Assembly (NCBI RefSeq): GCF_001194135.2
Contig: NC_068987.1
Coordinates: forward strand, 76,840,284-76,885,687
Length of the DNA: 45,404 nucleotides
Direction: 5' to 3'
Source of the DNA: Octopus bimaculoides
Taxonomy: Eukaryota
Position numbers and translations under genes: made by a program. A model generated the notes under the pieces. The model was given only the letters and a program-made list of their open reading frames with translations. It was not told the origin of the DNA and did not search any database. Shown here in pieces: positions 24,559-36,124 of the stretch. Numbering within the stretch: the first letter of the stretch is position 1; each line of letters opens with the position of its first letter.

Positions 24559-24735
24559 TTCCATGATGATGCATGGCCTTGGATCGAATCGTTTATGGGG
24601 TAAGTACAATTCCGGAATATATATTTCACAAAATATAAAACTTTTAAAAAATATAATTGAAATTAAAGATTTGAAATAAAAGTAAAAAATTTTGAACTAA
24701 TTACAGGTCAAAATTTCTGTATATTTATAAGGATT

Positions 24736-24945
24736 TATTCTTTTCTACTTTAGGCATAAGGCCCGAAATTTGGGGGGAGGGGGTGGGTCAGTTGATTAGA
24801 TCAACCCCAGTACACAACTGGTACTTAATTTATCGAACCCCGAAAGGATGAATGCCAAAGTTGACCTCGGCGGAATTTGAACTCAGAACGTAATGACAGA
24901 CTGCTAAGTATTTCACCCGGCATGCTAACGATTCTGCCAGCTGGC
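24736..24945 (-). mobile_element. SINE family B
   Basis: TAGGCATAAGGCCCGAAA tail and GACCTCGGCGGAATTTGAACTCAGAACG. Confidence 0.9.
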
Positions 24946-25245
24946 AACTTTTATACTGATTTATATTGATTTATTAAAGTACTAGAGTTACAAAAATAAT
25001 AAGGTGTCTTGCATTCAGTTAAGGTCTTTTATCCTCTGAGTTCCTATCCTGCTGATGTTAACTTTGTCTGTCACCTGTCTGAGGTCAATACATTAAGAAT
25101 TAATCAAATAGGCTTAATCTATCACCCAGCTTAGCTGTGTCACCTGCCTGCAAAGTGCCATAAGCGGAAACAAGGCTATTGCAAGATTTCAGTCCAGGTC
25201 TTGTCTGAGAATAATTTTAACACTTCCTTTCATCAGTTTTTGATG

Positions 25246-25547
25246 CCATATGCCCATGGGCATATGGTGTAGTGGTTATGAGCATGGGCTACTAACCCCA
25301 AGATTCGAGTTCGATTCCAGGCAGTGACTTGAATAATAATAATAATAATGATAATAGTAATAACAACATCGAAAAATACCTTAGGAATGAGAACCCAGGT
25401 TCGAAATTTCCCCAAGACACCTGATGAAGGCTGGAGGGTATATCAGCTGAAATGTTGTGTTAACAACAAACAAGATGAGGACAAATATCCGTCAAATGTA
25501 AATAATGTAAATAATGTACATAATTCCTCATCTCCTAAATATAGAAC
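25246..25547 (+). mobile_element. SINE family E, full length: tRNA-like head, (AAT)n, hammerhead motif, AT-rich tail
   Basis: A box TGGTGTAGTGG 25265-25275, B box AGTTCGATTCC 25308-25318, arm GGG-CTACTAA-CCC; homologous copies at 9556-9749 and 38702-38907. Confidence 0.85.
25416..25461 (+). ncRNA. Minimal type-I hammerhead ribozyme motif
   Basis: GACAC-CTGATGA-A-GGCTG-GAGGGTATAT-CAGCT-GAAA-TG-T-T-GTGTT: canonical core; predicted cleavage after 25456. Confidence 0.7.
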
Positions 25548-25597
25548 GGTCCCGAGAAATGCCACAAAGCAGTGCCCTTCCTCTTTTGATTAAGCCC

Positions 25598-26040
<443 letters not shown>

Positions 26041-26903
26041 GAATCAATTTAATTTGACAAAATCATTCCCCATGATTCGTGATGTTGTGTCAGTATTAGA
26101 ATTCCAATATTATTTGCTCGTGGCTGTATCAAAAAAAAAAACAAAAAAACCCACAGGGTTTTCAGATCTTAGTTAATGAAAACAAGTCACCAGAGTCTGG
26201 CAGAGTAACACCTCAATCACATGAATAGGCATAAATGCAGCCATTCCCTAGAACAGATTATTAAACGTTAAAACAAAAATACGATATATGTAATAGCAAC
26301 ATGAAATATTATAATATATCATATGATAAAAAATGGGACAATAGAGCATTATTTAGTTATCTCTCCTTTGCATACCAAGTTCAAATACCGCTGGGGGTCT
26401 ACATCATCATTTATCTCTCCAGGATCAATAATATGTGTCAATAATAGCACTGTCAATGCCGTGCCAATGTTAGAAATTGTTATTTATTATTTGACCTGGA
26501 GCATGTCTTGTGATAGATCTGGAGAATTTATGAACCTATAAACTATGAGCTCGAGGCATAAAATAGGTAAAGCTACATATACAAGAAAAAAAGAAATGAA
26601 AAAAAAATCCTTATTTATTTTGGAATATGCTAGAACAAAAATGTTCATGTAAATCATAATAGATAGAGAGTTTGAAGGCAGCTTACTGCTAGCGTTCTAT
26701 TTAACTAGATGGTGGCTACTTAAGACTGAGGAATATGTCGGTAGGAGTTGATGCAAAAGAGCTTGCAGCCTCCAAGAAGCTAAACAGGTGTATCAATAAC
26801 TAAAGATATGGCAGAAGATGTATAATCATTCACTTTGTGAAAATGGTGAAAAGGTACACAATGGATTGTTTATGGAACACAATGGAATGGGTACACACAC
26901 ACA

Positions 26904-26947
<44 letters not shown>

Positions 26948-27458
26948 ATTTGAAAGTCTATGAGAATTACTTAATACAGTTTTTGAAGAGAAAAGGTGAT
27001 TTTTCTAAAAAGAATTATTTTAAAAAAATGTTATGAAACGAGGATGTTACCATCTTTTTTTGGGAAGAAGATTTTTTCTAGTGTGTGAACACTTGCACAT
27101 ACACACATAATCACATACATACATATATATATATATATATATGATATATAGATATATGATAGATTCCATAAAATGGTAACAACAGAGGGTGGTTTTGTCA
27201 ATGATCCAGTGCATTTTATGGAAACAACTGAAAAAAAAAAATCATTAATTTACACTTGCAATAGCAAATGTAGATCTGTATTATGGGGAATATTGAATAA
27301 TGAAATAGAGCAGACTTCAAAGAGATATAAGAAAGAATAGACTGCATGAACTTTAATAGGCTTTACGAAAATGTACCATTAAGTTTAGGATTACAGAAAA
27401 CCCAACGGAAAAGAGATGACAAGGGAAGTGGTTTCAACCAATATATACATACAAACAT

Positions 27459-27501
<43 letters not shown>

Positions 27502-28133
27502 CATATATATACATATATATATCAAGGCCATCACATATACATAATGTATTCCTTGGTTAGTAAGATTCACCATCATCAATCTTCAGTAAGGCATCAATAT
27601 TTATGAGGCGGACGTTTTTTTAAAGCAATTTTGTAAATTTGCTGACATCGCCAAAAGAGAAAAGGGAAATGAAGGAGAAACCATTTACAGTGGAAATTTT
27701 TGTAATGATGCAGGCATTTCTGGAGAGTTTCAGGCTGCATAAAACTTGGTGAGATGAGGAAAGTATAGCAAAATCTTAGCTCTGCTTTTCAATGCAGGTA
27801 GCTGGAATGCTTGAAAGTTTTGGTTATATGAGCCACATCCTGATACACTATTTGACAGTTTTTCTACCTGAGCAGTATATTTATGTATACCTTCTGAACC
27901 TTTCTCTCCATCTTAAACTTAAGTCTGTGAAGGCATGTGGTTTAGTGCTTAGGGTATTTGGCTCACGATTGTAAGCTTGTGAGTTCAATTCCCGGCTATA
28001 TGTTGCATCCTTGAGCAAGACACTTTATTTCACATTGCTCCAGTCCACTCAGCTGGCAAAAATGAGTTGTACCTGTATTTCAAAGGGGCCAGCCTTGTCA
28101 CATTCTATGTCACACTAAATCTCCCTGGGAACT

Positions 28134-28595
28134 TGGCCATTGCCAGTACCGTAGGACTGGCCATTGCCAGTACCGCAGGACTGGCCATCGTGCTGGTGAC
28201 ATGTAAAAAGCACCCACTCCACTCTTGGAGTGGTTGGCCTCGGTGAGGCCCAATGTACGAAGGTCTTGCCTCACCACCTCAGCCCAGGTCTTCCTGGGCC
28301 TACCTCTTCCACGGGTTCCCTCAACTGTTAGGGTGTGGCACTTTTTCACGCAGCTATCCTCATCCATTCTCACCACATGTCCATGCCAGCGCAATCGTCT
28401 CTCTTGCACACCACAACTGATGCTTCTAATGTTCAGCTTTTCTCTCAAGATACTTACACTCTGACGGGTATTCACATTGACATTACTAACCTGCCAGATC
28501 AGGTTAGAGTCTGGTGCAGCCATCCGGTTCACCAGTCACCAGTCAAATCGTCCAACCCATGCTAGCATGGAAAGCGGACGTTAAATAATGATGAT
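28134..28595 (+). mobile_element. RTE 3' UTR composite inserted in SINE D
   Basis: UTR 28134-28238 ends GGAGTGGTTGGC; UTR resumes AAC-CTGCCAGATC at 28488 and runs to the GGACGTTAAATAATGATGAT tail. Confidence 0.85.
28237..28486 (-). mobile_element. RTE ORF2 C-terminal fragment, antisense within the RTE 3' UTR
   Basis: SNVNVNTRQSVSILREKLNIRSISCGVQERRLRWHGHVVRMDEDSCVKKCHTLTVEGTRGRGRPRKTWAEVVRQDLRTLGLTE, uninterrupted (hallmark RRLRWxGHVxRM). Confidence 0.9.
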
Positions 28596-30017
28596 GTCTG
28601 TGGAGTGCTCAGCTACTTGCACGTTAATTTCACAAGAAGGGTGTTCCATTGACGGGATCGACTGGAACCCACATCATCATAACTGACTGAGTGCCAAAGT
28701 GCGAATACATAAGTCTGAAATAGCCAAAGTTGGATAGAGATGCATTCCTACTGTTCTTTAAAACAGTTTTGGCTCCTTTCACTTTGGTAAAATTCATTTC
28801 CTCTCTCTTCTATTACTATTTTGTAATACTATTTTGTAATACTATTTTGCTTCTTTCCTGTCATTTTCTGATATCAACCTCTAAAATACTTCCTGCCAAT
28901 TTCTTCAATTTCTTTACCACTAACTGTCAGTAATTATCTCTCAGGCTCGTTTCGATTGAATCCCCAATTCCAACACACCATTATATATCTACCATTATCT
29001 TGACTCTCTAATTGTGCTCTCTTCTGCAACATTCCCACTCTCTTCTTTACTCTCTTTTCTATCACCTTCTCACTCCATTCACCCTAATCTTCTATTACTT
29101 GTTTTTGTCTATTACTTGTTGTTTTTGTTATGTCGAATGAAATCAATGCAGGAAAGAGGAGACACTTTAGTTCTGTCGAGAACAAGACAACTTCTTCTGT
29201 ACTGATAAATGAATGAATTGAGATGATGTAGTTTAGATCTGACTCTTTACCTTGCTGAAAGCAAGCCAGCCAGAGGTGTATATTCTGGGTGTGCTAGGTG
29301 TGTGCTGCACACCCATCAAAAACGGTAAATTCATTATAAACATTAACCTTACTCATTAATTTAATCAGAAATCTTAATGGAAAACTTTTATTATACCCCT
29401 GCTTGAAATTTGGTGACATTGAGTGTGGCAGCACACCCAGGACAACAACCACCATACACCACTGAAGCCAACCATTCTAGTGCTGGTTCTAAAATGAAAG
29501 GCACCAAATACACTCTGCAGAGTAGTTGGTAAGAAGCAAGATGTTCAAAGAAAGAAGCCATGCCAAAAATGTAATGAACATGCAAGACAAGATCCTTGTC
29601 TAAACCTAGGATAGTAAAAACTCTGAACAAAAACTGATTCAGATTATAATAACCAGTTCAACCCATGCCAATATTGAGAAGCAGACAAAGAATAAATAAA
29701 TAAACACACATACACACACAATGTTGTGAAGCTCAGTCAACTTCATATTTACAATAAATTTGCTCCAAGTTTTAGTACAGAATCACCCCATCTCTATGTG
29801 CCCAGTTTTGCCTCTTAAAAGTGATTTGAAATTGTAATAATTTCATATACACACATACATGCACATACAACCATGTGTATATTTGTTTTATATGTGTCTA
29901 TAAGTTGATAACATTGTAAATTTGTATTCTAAGTTTCAAGTTTCTGATCTTCAAGCAATTATGATCAAGACATTGATACTCTGGAATATAGTACAACACC
30001 CAGGAAATATTTGAGCA

Positions 30018-30276
30018 TTCCTTTACTTGTTTCAGGCATTTGACTGTGGCCATGCTGGAGCACCACCTTTTTAGTCGAAGAAATCAACCCCAGGATTTAT
30101 TCTTTGAAAGCCTGGTACTTATTCTATTTGGCTCTTTTGCTGAACTGCTAAGTTACAGGGACGTAAACACACCAACATCAGTTGTCAAGCGATAGCGGTG
30201 GTGGGGGGACACAGACACACCACTACATACATATATATTTATATATGAGATGTTTTGTTATCAATAAGACTCTATT

Positions 30277-30325
<49 letters not shown>

Positions 30326-30484
30326 CACAACAGGCTTCTTTCAGTTTTCATCTACCAAATCCATTCACAAGGCTTTGGTGAGCCTGAGGCTATAGTACAA
30401 GACACTTGACCAACATGCCATGCAGTGGGATTGAACCTGGAACTATGTGGTTGGGAAGCAAACTTCTTAGCACACAGACGCTCC
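30018..30484 (-). mobile_element. SINE family A
   Basis: Collinear with 457-843 and 23076-23653. Confidence 0.88.
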
Positions 30485-30885
30485 TGTGCCTATGTAGGCA
30501 CAGTTGCGCAATAAGTTTTAACTAAATGCATAAAAAACATCATTGCATCTCATTCATTAACATAAAGCAACAGCTGTCTGAAAAAATACTTTGGAAGAAG
30601 AAATTAGGAAAGAGATGAAGGAAATATAATATTTGCCTTACGTTGATGAAAATGAGCATGATATTAATGAGAAGACAACCCAACTACCTCAAATGAAACA
30701 AGGAAATTCAAGGGATAGCTGAACACCTGTAATTTTATAACACTACGTATAGGATATTTTCTGACAAAATATCAACCAATGTTATTATGGGAATTCAATG
30801 GAATAAACCGTTTGATACAAAACAGTACTGTTTGGCATATTAAACTGTTGATCTCGATCTCTCTCTCTCTCCACCTCTCTCTTTC

Positions 30886-30921
<36 letters not shown>

Positions 30922-31316
30922 TCGATCTATCTATTTATCTATCAATATCTGTACATATATTCATCATGGAAGGCGGACGTTAAACGATGATGATGATGAT
31001 ATCTATATCTATATCGAAATATATATGAATATATACATATATATATATATATACATACATACACACACACACACACTTGTATACATGTATGCACACATAC
31101 ACACAAACACACACACGCACACATATTAGCACTCACACAGATACATGAAGTATACGAAAATACAGATACAAATGCAAAAATTTACGCATGCATGTGTATG
31201 TGTACTACAGTGTTTGTATGTATGTGTGAATACATCAGGTGTGTGTCTATGTAAACATGAGTGACAGAGAGAAAGGGAGAGAGTACAGTGGGCGTAAATA
31301 TATATATGTATCTAAG

Positions 31317-31335
31317 TAGATAGATAGATAGATAA

Positions 31336-31391
<56 letters not shown>

Positions 31392-31392
31392 G

Positions 31393-31423
<31 letters not shown>

Positions 31424-31457
31424 GTAGATAGAAAGATAGATAGTTAGATAGATAGAT
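31317..31457. repeat. (GATA)n microsatellite
   Basis: About 35 units. Confidence 0.95.
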
Positions 31458-31712
31458 AATGTTCAGAGTAAAGTGAAAGTGTCTCTGAGAAAGAGATGGT
31501 TAAATGGTCTGCTAAGGATGTTTCACAATTGAAGTTTAATATCCTGTTGTGCACAAACGATAATGAAAATTCCATCTTGTACAACTGCGGCAGCTGTTTC
31601 TAGAATCATATAAATGGCTGGTACAGAGAATTATTATTATTTCAATGGTTGTAGGTATGTGCTGCAATAATAGTGTGTGTCTGTGTTTGTGTGAATTGCT
31701 ACATAAATGACA

Positions 31713-31754
<42 letters not shown>

Positions 31755-32313
31755 TGTTACATAGCTATATGTGCATATGTGTGTGTATGTGTGTGTATGT
31801 GTGTGGATATGTGTGTATATATATATAAATATATATGTGTGTATGTGTGTATGTGCATATGCATGTGTGTATGTGAGTGTGTAATTGTATTGATATTAAT
31901 AAATTGACATTTATATAGAAATACACTCCAGTATAGACACATTAGTATAGTTACACAACACATACACATTCACATTATAATTCTCTGCAGCAGCCATATG
32001 TATATATATATATATATAATTTATATATTTATATAATATATTTAAACTCATATGTATGCGTGTGTGTGTGTATGTGCATGTGTGTGTGCATGTGTGTGTG
32101 TGTGAGTGCACGTGGATGTACAATTCCTCACAAGGAACATGTAAATATGAATCTTTAACACATGTTATGTATAGTTCTCTTTACTTGACATTTAATAAAT
32201 CTATTTAAGAGTTTATACAAAATTATGTAGGTATAGAGACTAGAGGCCCAGATCCTCATCTACTCAAACTATGCGACAACTATATCCTTATATTTATACA
32301 TAAATATACATAC

Positions 32314-32673
32314 ATCATCATCATCACCATCATCATCATCGTTTAACGTCCGCTTTCCATGCTAGCATGGGTTGGACGATTTGACTGAGGACTGGTGAAA
32401 CCGGATGGCAACACCAGGCTCCAGTCTAATTTGGCAGAGTTTCTACAGCTGGATGCCCTTCCTAACGCCAACCACTCAGAGAGTGTAGTGGGTGCTTTTA
32501 CGTGTCACCCGCACGAAAACGGCCACGCTCGAAATGGTGTCTTTTATGTGCCACCCGCACAAGCCAGTCCAGGGGCACTGGCAACGATCTCGCTCGAAAA
32601 TCCTACGGGAGCGAGTCAGGCGGTACTGGCAACGGCCACGCTCAAAATGGTGCATCTCATGTGCCACCCGCAC
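32314..32673 (-). mobile_element. Young (CpG-rich) RTE 3' UTR copy running into a gap
   Basis: CATCATCGTTTAACGTCCGCTTTCCATGCTAGCATGGGTTGGACG...CTGGATGCCCTTCCTAACGCCAACC. Confidence 0.9.
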
Positions 32674-33394
32674 NNNNNNNNNNNNNNNNNNNNNNNNNNN
32701 NNNNNNNNNNNNNNNNNNNNNNNNNNNNNNNNNNNNNNNNNNNNNNNNNNNNNNNNNNNNNNNNNNNNNNNNNNNNNNNNNNNNNNNNNNNNNNNNNNNN
32801 NNNNNNNNNNNNNNNNNNNNNNNNNNNNNNNNNNNNNNNNNNNNNNNNNNNNNNNNNNNNNNNNNNNNNNNNNNNNNNNNNNNNNNNNNNNNNNNNNNNN
32901 NNNNNNNNNNNNNNNNNNNNNNNNNNNNNNNNNNNNNNNNNNNNNNNNNNNNNNNNNNNNNNNNNNNNNNNNNNNNNNNNNNNNNNNNNNNNNNNNNNNN
33001 NNNNNNNNNNNNNNNNNNNNNNNNNNNNNNNNNNNNNNNNNNNNNNNNNNNNNNNNNNNNNNNNNNNNNNNNNNNNNNNNNNNNNNNNNNNNNNNNNNNN
33101 NNNNNNNNNNNNNNNNNNNNNNNNNNNNNNNNNNNNNNNNNNNNNNNNNNNNNNNNNNNNNNNNNNNNNNNNNNNNNNNNNNNNNNNNNNNNNNNNNNNN
33201 NNNNNNNNNNNNNNNNNNNNNNNNNNNNNNNNNNNNNNNNNNNNNNNNNNNNNNNNNNNNNNNNNNNNNNNNNNNNNNNNNNNNNNNNNNNNNNNNNNNN
33301 NNNNNNNNNNNNNNNNNNNNNNNNNNNNNNNNNNNNNNNNNNNNNNNNNNNNNNNNNNNNNNNNNNNNNNNNNNNNNNNNNNNNNAGTTAGTAA

Positions 33395-33650
33395 ATGGAA
33401 ATTGGAAATTTTTCCAAAATAGTGTTAGAAGTGTCTATAAAAGTTTATCAATTCCAATATTTACTAAAAATTACCTGACAATAAGAATATTATTTTTCTC
33501 TGAGAGACAAAAACGATACCATCTGGAGCGATTATTGTAGGATAATAGACCAGTAATGTTTTATGATTGTTAATATTATTGTCCTTTAAATTCCAAACAT
33601 ATTTAGAAAGTAAGGTGGTATGACATGTTCCTAAGTGTCTGAATGTATAC
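33395..33650 (-). mobile_element. Second Penelope-like relic (C-terminal GIY-YIG-associated region)
   Basis: TTLLSKYVWNLKDNNIN (LSK...IN at 33610-33569) then, after a frameshift, SYNNRSRWYRFCLSEKNNIL, resembling the PLE C-terminal LSKYIWxLKD...CxLCLxEK motif. Confidence 0.7.
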
Positions 33651-33651
33651 A

Positions 33652-33705
<54 letters not shown>

Positions 33706-34151
33706 AGTGTGTGTATGTTCTAATAATCTTATTCAAAGGGATCTTCAGTAAGCTGAATATAGCTGCTAGTTACTTGCAAGAAAAAGCTTAATTCAGTAAA
33801 ATACTACTCTAGAAGCGTATATACTGTTAGAATGGCAGGCATAATAGTTGCTGGAACTAGATATAAAATGGAAACTGTATAGAAGCCTGTTGTATGGATT
33901 ATGCCTGTCAAAACATATAGCTTTGTCATATGATGCCATGCAAATTCTGCCTGAGAGTTACGATAAGGGTATATGTGCTGGTGAAATGCTCGACCACTTA
34001 CATGTTAATTCAGTGGATCAGACTAAATCTTCATTGTCAAGTGACATGAGATCCACTACTACTATATTTGTGTATGCGTATGTATGCATGTGTGCATATA
34101 CGTACAGCATGTATACAGTCTACATCTATATATAGAGTCTACATATATATA

Positions 34152-34309
34152 TCATCATCATCATCATCATCATTTAACGTCCGCTTTCCATGCTAGCATG
34201 GGTTGGACGATTTGACTGAGGACTGGTGAAACCGGATGGCAACACCAGGCTCCAGTCTAATTTGGCAGAGTTTCTACAGCTGGATGCCCTTCCTAATGCC
34301 AACCACTCA
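34152..34309 (-). mobile_element. RTE 3' UTR terminal fragment
   Basis: One mismatch over 137 nt to 32342-32478. Confidence 0.9.
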
Positions 34310-34315
34310 TATAAT

Positions 34316-34534
34316 AATAATAATATTAGGGATAAAAATCCAAAATTATAGGTAAAAACTCAATTAAAATCAATATAAAAATTAAAATTAAATTAAGTTT
34401 CACAGTATTAAATATATATAAATATATAGTTTTAGGGAAAAGAACTTATTTATTGTACTTTTACTTATTAATTTTTCTATATGTGATAGTGGATTTTCAT
34501 CGCTGAGTTCATGAACCTTGGTTCTTTTCCCTAA

Positions 34535-34560
<26 letters not shown>
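34316..34560. repeat. AT-rich element with a perfect 24-bp inverted repeat
   Basis: ATATATAGTTTTAGGGAAAAGAAC (34422-34445) vs GTTCTTTTCCCTAAAACTATATAT (34521-34544); both end motifs recur joined at 23418-23470. Confidence 0.7.
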
Positions 34561-34576
<16 letters not shown>

Positions 34577-34580
34577 TATA

Positions 34581-34840
34581 ATCATCATCATTGTCATCGT
34601 TTAATGTCTGCTTTCCATCCTGGCATGGGTTGAACGGTTTGACTGAGGACTGGCGGGCCAGAAGGGTGTACCGGGCTCCAATCTGATCTGGTAAGGTTTC
34701 TACAGTTGGATACCCATCCTAACACCAACCACTCCGAGAGTATAGTCGATGCTTTTTATGTTCCACCAGCATGAGGGCCAGTCAGGCGGTACTAGCATCA
34801 ACCGCACATGAATGGAGCTTTTCATGTGCCACCGGCACAT
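34581..34840 (-). mobile_element. RTE 3' UTR fragment
   Basis: GTTTAATGTCTGCTTTCCATCCTGGCATGGGTTGAACGG...CCTAACACCAACCACTCC. Confidence 0.85.
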
Positions 34841-35244
34841 GTGTCTATGTCTTTCGTCCTACCATCTAGAAGTTCAACAAAAGAGACTGATGAAATAAGT
34901 ATGAGACTTAAAAGTATAGTGTTGGGTGGTCATTTGTGGTCTTCAAGTCAGTGCCCCACTATGGCTGCAGTCCAATGATTGAAACAAGTAAAAAATAAAA
35001 GATTTATCAATTCCAAATATTAAAATTTTTTTGTAAAGCTATTTATAATTCAAACAAACTGTAGCAGATTTCATAATTTTTTTCCAGCTTCTCCTCATTT
35101 TTCTTTCCTTCACTAACCAATGTATATATATCTTAGTATAAGCACCATAAACCACCAAAGAACTTTTTCTGATTTATCCCTTGATGATGGCTCAACATGA
35201 TTTAACTCTGACTTTTTGCTTGTTATTAGAAACATGTAGCCAAC

Positions 35245-35472
35245 ATGTCGGAAACTGATGTAGCGTCTGATACAAGCAATAATCTTCCTATTTCCAATGT
35301 TAATTTGGTTTCAGTAAGTGATATTGAATATATCTATACTTTGGATCTGAATAAATTTTTAAACATTTTTTTAAATGTTTCTCCTTTTTATTAACAGCTG
35401 CAATTGGCAAAGTCTTTAGAGTTATTGCACAATATATCCTATGATCTTTATTCAGATTTTCTGTGTCTTTAG
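35245..35472 (+). CDS. Candidate two-exon micro-ORF or decayed coding segment (35245-35313 joined to 35398-35472)
   Basis: CAACATG start; GTAAGT donor at 35314; TTTCTCCTTTTTATTAACAG acceptor ending 35397 (84-nt intron); spliced product MSETDVASDTSNNLPISNVNLVS|LQLAKSLELLHNISYDLYSDFLCL*. No recognisable homology. Confidence 0.25.
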
Positions 35473-36073
35473 TTTAAACGCTACTGATGTCAAATTTGTG
35501 TTTGGTTCTCAAGGGAATGAAATGTGAAGTTGAACTCTTGTAATCTACTCATTGGACCAGGACAAATGGCAAAGACACTTGCCCAAGGCGTTACACTGTG
35601 GGACTGACCTACAAACCACATGGTTGCAAAGCAAGTTTCTTAACAAAGCTGTGCTTGTGTTTATATCGAAATAAAATATCTAACAAGTCAACATGGAAAA
35701 ATAGTATGCATAATTACTCATCTGATATAGTCAACCTCATAAAAAACCAGTGACAACCTTAAATACAGTACAGTAAAACTATATGCTATGGGTATTAAAC
35801 AGCTAAACAAGGAAATGACTAGATAATAATAATAATACTAATACTACTACTAATAATAATTTATTCTTTTGTTAGCCACAAGGGCTCACATAAAATAACA
35901 TTAAAGGAATGCAACAACGTAAATGACAAAAACGGGACGATGTAATGGTTTTTCTGCATGTAAACAAAGCATTACAACAAAAATTAAGCAAATTAAACCT
36001 CCCAATAAGGGAGGTGCTTTAAGGTCCTCAAGGAAAAACCCACAAAAGCCATGAGTGCCTGATCATAATAATG

Positions 36074-36124
<51 letters not shown>

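Larger units (their letters stand above)
27931..28697 (+). mobile_element. SINE family D interrupted at 28134-28595
   Basis: Head GGCATGTGGTTTAGTGC..GAGTTCAATTCCC, CTTGAGCAAGACACTTT; the tail resumes GTCTGTGGAGTGCTCAG at 28596. Confidence 0.85.

Noticed and set aside
25258-25330. tRNA gene (also the heads of families A, B and D)
   Set aside because: No complete acceptor stem; each continues into a SINE body shared with other copies.
29271-29401. MITE with CAG(A/G)GG..TATA termini
   Set aside because: TIRs are short and imperfect, there is no TSD, and it is a single copy.
30585-30720. YLPYVDE as a Penelope linker motif
   Set aside because: One short motif with no flanking PLE signatures.
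31496-31654. Protein-like frame ending at a GTATGT donor
   Set aside because: Only 35+17 codons with two stops, expected by chance in AT-rich DNA.
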